Below are positions 54,640 through 64,000 of a stretch of DNA of 64,000 bases, one piece after another. Each line of letters starts with the position of its first letter. The stretch's first letter is position 1. The notes below the pieces were generated by a model that saw only the letters and a program-made list of their open reading frames with translations, ran no database searches and was not told the origin of the DNA. This stretch comes from Eledone cirrhosa (lineage: Eukaryota). The DNA lies in contig OZ024743.1 in the NCBI GenBank assembly GCA_964016885.1, positions 327,360,001 to 327,424,000 on the forward strand, given 5' to 3'. A program made the translations under genes and the position numbers.

Positions 54640-54820
54640 CACAAACTAGCGCTATCAAAAACTGTTCCTGGGATGAGAGTGGATGATGTAGAACAGGTTT
54701 ATCAAGGGCCGTAGCAAAGATAGAGGCAAAAGGAGGTAGGTCAAACTAGCCACCGCTATTGCTAGCAGCAGTCGGAATGACCCGGTTTGTTCTCAACGTT
54801 AGTGGAGGTAGTAGTAATAT

Positions 54821-55100
54821 GAAATACGTCCCTTCACGCACAATGAAAAGAACCTTCTGACGAGAATCTTTCTTTGCAACGATGGTCTCCGTTTTATTTT
54901 TGGGATTCGAAACCGATCGGTAAAGGTAACTATAGTAGGTAAAGTCAATTTTTTTAAATTTATTTTGAAACTTTTTCATTATTTACTAAACCTTGTTTAT
55001 ATTTGTTCTGGCTCGTTAATTTATTAACCCGCCATTGAACCACATTGGCACTTGGTTGGACAATACATGCGTACCTTGGCGCCTTGTGCGTGAAGGGACG

Positions 55101-55106
<6 letters not shown>
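54821..55106. mobile_element. MITE with 23-bp TIRs and ATAT flanks (possibly Sola1-like)
   Basis: GAAATACGTCCCTTCACGCACAA ... TTGTGCGTGAAGGGACGTATTTC, with ATAT on both sides. Confidence 0.75.
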
Positions 55107-55151
<45 letters not shown>

Positions 55152-55211
55152 TATATATATATATATATTATATATTATATATTATATATATTATATATAT
55201 ATATTATATAT

Positions 55212-55326
<115 letters not shown>

Positions 55327-55347
55327 TATATATATATATATATATAT

Positions 55348-55398
<51 letters not shown>

Positions 55399-55647
55399 TA
55401 TATATTATATATATTATAAATCTGGATGCTCAGCGACAATGCCAAAGACAAATTCACCTCGTGGACGAGAATGCGAGCATTCCTCTTTGTTTCATTATAA
55501 AAATGAAAGGCAGGTTGTACGATGCCTGCATACGAACAGCAATGCTGAATGGCAGTGAGACCTGGGCATTGTGTGCAGAGGATATACGCAGACTAGAGAG
55601 GAACGAAGCTTGCATGCTCCGCTGGATGTGTAACAGTAATATACGTG

Positions 55648-55693
<46 letters not shown>

Positions 55694-55694
55694 T

Positions 55695-58210
55695 ATCATC
55701 ATCATCATCATCATCAACGTTTAACGTCCGTGTTCCACGCTTGCATGGGTTTGGACGGGGGTAGTCCCACTTGAGGCAAGAGTGATTGTCTTGCTCGCAT
55801 AGGACTGTCTGGCAGGTTTTCTACAGTTGGATGCCCTTCCTAACACCAACCACATTTACAGTGTGGGTCTGGGAGGTTTTTACCGCGTTGCCTACACGGC
55901 CACATTACAGCGTGGACTGTGTGTTTTTTTGTCGTGACACCTACACGATCTCATTTGTTTCGGCCTGGATGGTGTGGCACCAACATAACTTTACATAGAA
56001 CGGGGTGGTGTGGATGGGGTGTGGGGGGGGGGGGTTTATTTTGTTAGAGATGCCTACTGGCTGTAGTAGGTTTTACTATGTATTTAGGTAAGCGGGTCTT
56101 CTCTGTTACTGAGTACCGCCAAAGGTCTCGGTCCAGTGACATTGTCTTGGAGAGGTGTAAGTGTGTGAGGTCGGAGTTTATCAGCTCGTCCCAGGTTTTT
56201 CTAGGTCTGCCTATTCCGTGGCTACCGTCTATCTTTATTGCCCTGCACTTTGTTATACAGCTATCGACTTTCATGCGCATCACGTGTCCATACCAACGTA
56301 GCCTTCTCTCGAGTAAACAACATCTGATCCCTCTTATTTCTAATTTTTTCCTTAGTTCGTTTATGCTTTGCCGTTCACGTATATTACTGTTACACATCCA
56401 GCGGAGCATGCAAGCTTCGTTCCTCTCTAGTCTGCGTATATCCTCTGCACACAATGCCCAGGTCTCACTGCCATGCAACATTGCTGTTCGTATGCAGGCA
56501 TCGTACAACCTGCCTTTCATTTTTAGGGAGAACCCTTTAGCAGCTAATAGTGGTATAAGCTCTCTGAACTTTTTCCAACCAGTTCTGACTCTAGCTACTG
56601 TACTTTCAGAGCACCCTCCCCCACTGCTGATTTTATCACCTAGGTAACGGAAACTGTCCACTATTTCTATAGAACCCTCTGCGCAATTGAAAGAGCTAGT
56701 ATTTTGTGGGCACTTGCTGCTACTTATTGCACCAGAGCACCGGCCACATGTAAAATCTATGTTCTTAGTTAGCTTACCTGTGATCCCACTACATCTTTTA
56801 TGCACCCATACTTTGCATTTAGGACATAAAATGGAGTTTCTACCTACGCCTTTCCTACACACCGAGCACGACCATTTCCTAGAAGGGACCGCCGCCTTAT
56901 TTTCTTTCCTACAAACTAGAACTTTAGTCTTAGCCAGGTTAATTTTAAGGCCTTTTGATTCTAGGCCGTGCTTCCATGTTTGGAATTTCTTCTCTAGCTC
57001 GGCCATTGATTCCGCTATTAGTGTCAGGTCGTCTGCGTATAGGAGTTCCCATGGGCAGCCGGTCTTGAACTCCTCTGTTATAGCCTGAAGGGCAATAATA
57101 AATAGTAGGGGGCTGAGAACAGAGCCCTGATGGATGCCAACTTTTACGCTAAACTCTTCACTATATTCGTTGTTAATTCTAACCTTGCTGACTGTTTCTT
57201 TATACATAGCTTGTATAGCTCTCACAAGCCATTCGTCAATGCCTAGTTTTCTAAGAGCCCACCAGATAATGGAGCGGGGGACTCTGTCGAAGGCTTTCTC
57301 CACGTCGACAAAAGCTAAGTAGAGGGGTTTACCTTTAGCTAGGTACTTCTCCTGTAGTTGTCGTACAATGAAAAGAGCGTCTGTGGTACTTTTGCCTGAC
57401 ACAAACCCGAACTGCATTTCATCTAGGTCAATTCTCTCTCTGATTAGTTGTGCTATTACTTTTTCCGTGACCTTCATGACCTGGTCGATTAATTTAATGC
57501 CTCTATAGTTACTCCTATCTAGGGCGTCTCCTTTACCCTTATAACAGTTAACGATGATGCTGCTATGCCAGTCCTTCGGAACAACCCCATTCTGTACGAC
57601 TTGGTTAACTATGCGGGTGACCATGGTGTGTCCCACCGTGCCAGATGCCTTCAGCATCTCAGCAACTATTTCCGAAGGCCCAGCCGCCTTACCCGTCTTC
57701 ATATCCTTGATTGCCTTACTTATTATACTCCCCTCGACTAACACTGCTGGTCCCTCGATTGGGTCGATATGGGGGAGACTATCTTTCTCCCATTTATTCT
57801 CCTCATTTAGTAGCCTTTCATAGTGACACTTCCAAGCTACCTTCTTATCAGCGTCGGTGATGGCAAGTACACCATCATCGTTAAGTACACACTTCTCCCC
57901 GACAATATCACGGTTTTCCTTGACGCATTGCCTAGCAATCCTGAACACCTCACATTTTTGGTCATCGCGTTGTAGAACATGCTTGAACTTTCTTTCCTCA
58001 GCTTCCCTTCTTGCTAAGTACACTTGTCTCCTAGCTTCCCTCCTGGCCACTTGATAGTCTTCTCTACTTACCCCATCCCGCCATACTTTCCAAGCCTGCT
58101 TTTTGGCCTTAATTGACTCCTCCACCTTACTGTTCCACCACCATGTTACTCTCCTCCTGCCTACAGGCCTGCTCCAGCCACAGACTTCGTCGGTCGCCAA
58201 CAGCAGGTTT
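55695..58210 (-). mobile_element. RTE-clade LINE, 5'-truncated, uninterrupted RT ORF (56044-58210) with PHD-like finger
   Basis: WWWN, KAAGP, NYRGI, QFGF, FVDVEKAFD, GIHQGSVLSP, LLYADD, YLG, GSETW, RLRWYGHV, GRPRKTW. Cys/His cluster CSVC..C..C..H..C..C..C. (GAT)n tail. No APE domain because of truncation. Confidence 0.95.
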
Positions 58211-58221
58211 AATATATATAT

Positions 58222-58638
58222 TATATTATGGATCTGAGACTTGGACACTGACCAAGAAACTCACTCAGATGGTGGATGGTTGCTACACGAGAATGCTGAG
58301 GATGGCTCTGAACATTAATCAGTATACACTGAGGATGAAAAACTCAGAGCTGTATGGGAACATCCCAAAAGTCAGCTCAAAAGTGACACAGAGGAGACTG
58401 AGGTTAGCTGGACATGCTCACCGACATCCAGAGTTGACATTGCACTCAGTGCTCCTTTGGGAGCCCCTACATGGACACACGAGAAGAGGAAGACCAAGGT
58501 TAACGTATGTTGATGCCCTAAGGACAGAGACTGGTCTGTTGGAGATGCAGGACATGGCAGCGATAATGAGGGACAGAGACCGCTGGAGAGAACTCGTCCA
58601 TGGATCTCGGGAATTTTACCCGCCTTAGATAGATAGAG
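58222..58638 (+). mobile_element. 3' fragment of a second RTE family with (TAGA)n tail
   Basis: YGSETWTLTK..VDGCYTRMLRMALN..RRLRLAGH..LWEP.HG..RGRP; stop followed by TAGATAGATAGA. Confidence 0.85.
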
Positions 58639-58804
58639 ATATATTATATATATATATATAATATATATATTATATATATATAAATAAGGCAAATTTATTA
58701 ATATTTTGAATATTAAAAACTCAAGGAAAACCATACCGTTGAGTGCTTTTAATCTATTGTAAAATTGTATTCATTGAGTAAGCCACAATCATTTTAATCT
58801 TTGG

Positions 58805-58838
<34 letters not shown>

Positions 58839-58915
58839 CAAAGGAACTGTGGTAAGGAACCAGATGGACCATAACGCACCAGAGTACTCAATACTTAGGG
58901 TAGTAGAGTGGGAAA

Positions 58916-60570
58916 TTGTACGACAACTACAGGACAAGTACCTAGTTAAAAGTAAACCCCTATACTTAGCTTTTGTTGACTTGGAGAAAGCCTTCGACAG
59001 ATTCCCCCGTTCCATTATCTGGTGGGCTCTTAGAAAACTAGGTGTTGATGAATGACTTGTCAGAGCTATACAAGCCATGTATAAAGAAACAGTCAGCAAT
59101 GTTAGAATTAACAACGAATATAGTGAAGAGTTTAGCGTAAAAGTTGGTGTTCATCAGGGTTCCGTTCTTAGCCCCCTACTATTTATTATTGCCCTTCAGG
59201 CTATAACAGTGGAGTTCAAGACCGGCTGCCCATGGGAACTCCTATACACAGATGATCTAACGCTCATAGCTGAATCAATGGCCGAACTAGAGAAGAAATT
59301 CCAAACATGGAAGCATAGCCTAGAATCAAAAGGCCTTAAAATTAACCTGGCTAAGACTAAAGTTCTAGTTTGTAGGAAGGAAAATAGAGCACCGGTCCCA
59401 TCCGGGAAATGGCCATGCTTAGTGTGTAGGAAAGGAGTAGGTAGAAACTCCATTTTATGTCCCAAATGCAAAGTATGGGTGCATAAAAGATGTAGTGGGA
59501 TCACAGGTAAGCTAACTAAGAACATAGATTTTATATGTGGCCAGTGCTCTGGTGCAATAAGTAGCAGCAAGTACCCAGAGAATACTAGCTAATTCCATTG
59601 CACAGATGGTTCTATAGAAATAGTGGACAGCTTCCGTTACCTGGGTGACAAAATCAGCAGTGGGGGAGAGTGCTCTGAAAGTACAGTAGCTAGAGTCAGA
59701 ACTGGATAGAAAAAGTTCAGAGAGCTTATACCACTATTAGCCGCTAAAGGGTTCTCCCTAAAAATGAAAGGCAGGCTGTATGATGCCTGCATACGAACAG
59801 CAATGTTACATGGCAGTGAGACCTGGGCATTGTGTGCAGAGGATATACGCAGACTGGAGAGAAACGAAGCTTGCATGCTCCGCTGGATGTGTAATAGTAA
59901 TATACGTGAACGGCAAAGCATAAACAAACTAAGGGAAAAATTAGAAATAAGAGGGATCAGATGTTGTTTACTCGAGAGAAGACTACGTTGGTATGGTCAC
60001 GTGATACGCATGAAAGACGACAGCTGTATAAAAAAGTGCAGGGCAATAAAAATAGACGGTAGCCACGGAGTAGGCAGACCCAGAAAAACCTAGGACTTGA
60101 TAAATTCCGACCTCACACACTTACACCTCTCCAAGACAATGTCACTGGACTGAGATCTTTGGCGCTACACAGTAATAGAGAAGACCCGCCTTACCTAAGT
60201 ACAAAGTGAAACCTACTACAGTCAGTAGGCACCTCTAACAAAATACACCCCCATCCCACTACACCCACCCCATCCACACCACCCCTTTCAATGTAAAGTT
60301 ATGTTGGTACCACAACATCCAGCACGAAACAAATGAGGTCGTGTAGGTGTCACGACAAAAAACATACAGTCCACGCTGTAATGTGGCCGTGTAGGTAACA
60401 CGATAAAAACCTCCCAGTTCCACACTGTAAATGTGGTTGGTGTTAGGAAGGGCATCCAGCCGTAGAAAACCCACCAGGCAGTCCTATTGCCTCAAGTGAG
60501 AAAACTCCCGTCCAAACCCATGCAAGCGTGGAATATGGACGTTAAAGGATGATGATGATGATGATGATGA
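58916..60570 (+). mobile_element. RTE LINE, 5'-truncated copy with stops, inverted relative to 55695-58210
   Basis: Highly similar to the reverse complement of 55695-57370. In-frame stops near 59053, 59590, 59707 and 60091. (GAT)n tail. Confidence 0.93.
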
Positions 60571-60847
60571 TATATATATACATATATATTGCTGTACCAT
60601 AAAGGGCGGGGGGGGGGGGGGGGTCATTCTGAAGAAACCTAAAAAAATGTTCAGGATAAACTTCACCCATTCACTCAGTGATCCCACTATCTTAATGGAT
60701 TGTAGGGGTACCGTCACACAGCGTGTCCTGAGCATCTTAAACCTGGTAGGGCTCATTCCTCTCCAGGTCAGAACATAGCCAATTTCTTCTAAAGAACGAA
60801 AGAGAGAAAGATGCATGCATGTGAGTGGTGGGGGTGGGGTGATCTCA

Positions 60848-60950
60848 GTACTGAACTGGTACTTTATTTTTTAACATCAAAAGGATGAAAGGCAAAGCTG
60901 GCCTCAGTGAGTTTTGAGCTCAAAGCAGAGACTCTGCCAATTCTCCACCA
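60848..60950 (-). mobile_element. Diverged SINE (family A) fragment
   Basis: GGTACTTTATTT...AAAGGATGAAAGGCAAAG body motif. Confidence 0.6.
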
Positions 60951-61104
60951 AATGCGTGTATGTTCTACAGCTAAAAAAAAAGAGCAGTCAACAGTTTGAT
61001 TCAGATATGCAATACTTAGTTTCACAAATACAAGAGTGGAGAAGCAAGCCTTATTGTTCTGACATTCTCAGTGTTAAACCACTTACCACTTCTAAATATT
61101 ACTG

Positions 61105-61835
61105 ATTGGCATTTGATGGCAGTAAAGCTGACCTTGTACAATTGAAACTCTCAAATGAGATGACACAGGATCAGGTTCTCAGATGTGATACTATACTGCA
61201 GGAGACCTGCCTTCCCATATGTACAGGATGAAACAACATGTAGAGAACACCAGCCTGCAAGTAGTGTTTCCCTACCTCTTCTCCATTCACCATAACCTGG
61301 TCTTAATATCCTTTCCCTCACCAACTAAATACCCTACTCACCTCATCCAACTTGCGTACTCCCTCCTCTCACCACCATGCATGCTCCTGTGGTACCTCTC
61401 TGATCACGCTCAACCTCTAGATACAAGTGTGGGAAATATTACTTGCACTATATCTGCTTCTCCTCCCATAATGCTGCCACGACAAAAAGCACCCATAATG
61501 TTGCTAAAATAGTTTAAAGCTCCCAGCCCACCCTGTAAGGTGGTCATCTGGTAAAAGAGCACCCAACCCACCCTGTAAAGTGGTCGTGTTGGCAACATGA
61601 CAAAAAGCATCCAGTCCACATGGCAAAGTCATCTAGTCGTTTTGGTGCCATGATAAAAAGCACCCAGCCCATGCTGTAAATGTGGTTGGCATTAGGAAGG
61701 GCATTCAGATGTAGAAACAGTTCTGTGTAAGCAAATCACTGTAGTTTCATCTAACTTGTCTCACAACGGGACAACTCGTCTAATATGTGTTAGTGTGGAA
61801 AACTGGGCATTAAATGGTGATAATGATGATGATGA
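61105..61835 (+). mobile_element. Old RTE 3' end with repeated CACCCTGTAAAGTGG units
   Basis: Similar to 7890-8540. (GAT) tail. Confidence 0.65.
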
Positions 61836-61879
61836 AATACAAAATATATAAAAACAAACTCCACATCTCTATTACGCTC

Positions 61880-62390
61880 AGAGGAGGAGACTATATTTGT
61901 GGGAGTTTAAATATTGTTGTGTTCGGCCCCTTAACTCCACAGGTCTTCAAGGATTGCCTTGCTATCTGAACACAAGTCCCTTCGCTTACAAAACCAAGGC
62001 TGAACCTAATTATCAAGCAGGCCCTGGCTCAAGTTAATATTCCCTTAATTATGGAGAAAGCTGGATTGTACAGGTTGATGGGATGAGGCCAGATGGTCTC
62101 ACTCTTTGCCACAGGTAAGAGGCAGATATTTCTTTTGGGAAGCCATAGTTAACGACTTTTGGCTCCTTCCCACATCCTTGATGCTGCAACGAAAGTGAGG
62201 GTTACTGCATCTGTAGTCGAACATAACAACATTCTAAAATTGCCAAACTATTTTTTTCAGCTTGTCGTGTTCGAGTCATACCAACGTATCAGGTGGTGTT
62301 CCTGGTGAGTGTGCTTGGTTATCCCATGTTTTAGCCTCACTATCATTATTGCTATGAAAGTGTTGGCTTGCCTCAAAAACTATTAGAGGG
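61880..62390 (+). mobile_element. CRE-like RLE retrotransposon relic
   Basis: AGL.R.DGMRPDGLTL...RGR...W...VND, homologous to 24030-24412 and 30215-30830. Confidence 0.55.
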
Positions 62391-62849
62391 AAACCTCAAC
62401 ACTTTTTGTTATAGCATATAATTGGGTGTGCAGGTCATCTCCCACTAATTGAAGTTTGCTTTCATTCTTGTGACAAGGTGGAGGGCATACCTGCTGGTAA
62501 TTCTCCTGTAAGGGAGGTAATTCTTGCACAGCGATTAATATATTTCCCCATGATATTAGTTAGTAATTTTATTACATTTTGTGATATTTAACTTAAAATA
62601 TTCATTGAGCTTGTGATATTAACAGCACCATTGGGGCAAGAGGGTCTGTAACAATACAATTCTGGTCGTTTCTTCTCTTTTTTGTTAAGGGACACAGCAA
62701 GCTACTGCAATACAAGTGATATTGACAGGCAACACCAGACCGTGGTCAGGACAACGAGGGAGACTATGATGAGATTCAGCATGAAACAGTATTCTCGGGT
62801 CTTGAATAATTTTGCTAATCTATTCCTGCAACAATTCATTTTCTTTATA

Positions 62850-62995
62850 CATTGGCTTAGTGGTTAGAGCATTGGCCTTGCAATCAAAAGGTTGTGAGTT
62901 CAATTCTCAGACCGGATGATGTGTTGTTTTGTTTCCTTGAGCAAGACACTTTATTTCACATTGCTCCAGTTTACTCAGCTGTAGAAATGAGATGA
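62850..62995 (+). mobile_element. tRNA-derived SINE with CORE-like body (family B)
   Basis: A-box TGGCTTAGTGG, B-box GAGTTCAATTC, then CCTTGAGCAAGACACTT. Confidence 0.7.
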
Positions 62996-63016
62996 TAGGA
63001 CTGGGTTCCCTATCAT

Positions 63017-63272
63017 TCCACTGCAAAGTGGTCGTGAAGGTGCCACGGCAAAAAAAGCACCCAGCCCACACTGTAAAGTGGACGTGTAGGCGCACGGCAA
63101 AAAAACTGCCAGCACTCACTGTAAATGAGGTTGGTGTTAGGAAGGGCATCCAGCTGTAGAAATCAAGCCAGAATCAGTTCCCGTATGAGCAAGACAAGGT
63201 CAGCCGACTGGACACATCTAACTCATACTAGCGTGGAAGAACGGACGTAAAACAGTGAAGATGATGATGATT
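63017..63272 (+). mobile_element. RTE 3' UTR fragment
   Basis: Near-copy of 37043-37305. Confidence 0.8.
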
Positions 63273-64000
63273 AAAAAACATTATACATGGCAAAAAAAGT
63301 ATATTACTAGAAATCCCATGGCAACAAGTTGAAAGTATTTGTGGGAAAGCTTCACTTGCTGTGTAGTTAATTACAATGGTAATATCTATGTTTTTCACAC
63401 ACAGTCACTCTCTCACTGTTTTTCTCTCTTAACATTTTGTATGGGAAAAATAGTTTATGAACATTACCGGTGACAAACAGCCTTCAGGAATTAAGTTCTT
63501 GAACTGAGGTTCCACTGTGTATATGTATGTGTATCTGACATGTTTGGCCTCAGAATGTGACAACCTGTGTAACCTATGCAAGCATACATTCCATTTTAGC
63601 TTAGTTTCTATGGTTGGATGTACGACTACTTTGCAGCATGTACCAGATGCATTTTATTGTGGCACCAGCATTTTTATTACCATTTTCAACACAAAGGCTA
63701 TACTGTTACTTGCTGAGGGAGGGTTGAGAGAGAAAAGTAACCTTAAGAGTGACGTCTGGTGGCACGTAGTTGGGTACACCAGCCTTTCTGTGCTGGAAGG
63801 GGAACTAAGAATCTGGGAGGAGGGGAATATGAATATGGTGGAGGAGGTGATCAACTATGTTGGGGAAGACCTGGAGGTTAGTGACGTAGAGGGGGAATAC
63901 TGGCAGAGGCTACCTAGATATCATTGAGTGAGAGAATAAGCAAGCAACATCTGACAGTGCACTATGGAGGTGCATCAATCTTTCCATGCTGGCATGAGTT

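Noticed and set aside
54305-54658. ORFs containing X runs
   Set aside because: Artefacts of the 200-N gap.
62850-62925. tRNA gene
   Set aside because: A and B boxes are present, but there is no acceptor stem and the sequence continues into a SINE body.

Overview
AT-rich, microsatellite-laden animal genomic DNA. The repeat families and the USP gene suggest a cephalopod mollusc, probably Octopus (inference). One host gene is recognisable: a 4-coding-exon universal stress protein (USP) gene on the minus strand (CDS 23398->2890, 164 aa), which the ORF track misses because it is spliced. Nearly everything else is transposable element DNA: a maT/DD37D mariner; two Ty3/Gypsy-type LTR retrotransposons (a decayed CsRn1-clade element with three LTR copies, and a young GC-rich atypical element with DIRS-like RT/RNase H motifs, a DDE integrase and a -1 frameshift pseudoknot); many RTE LINE copies, one with an intact 5'-truncated RT ORF; at least six Penelope-like element (PLE) pieces; tRNA-derived SINEs; Helitron-like and MITE elements; and CRE-like relics. 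About a dozen hammerhead-ribozyme motifs from several PLE/retrozyme-like families were found by eye. Some have core variants, and four lie in sense orientation inside USP intron 1. A 200-N assembly gap lies at 54440-54639. Most ORFs in the track are artefacts of (TA)n and similar repeats. Boundaries of decayed elements are approximate.
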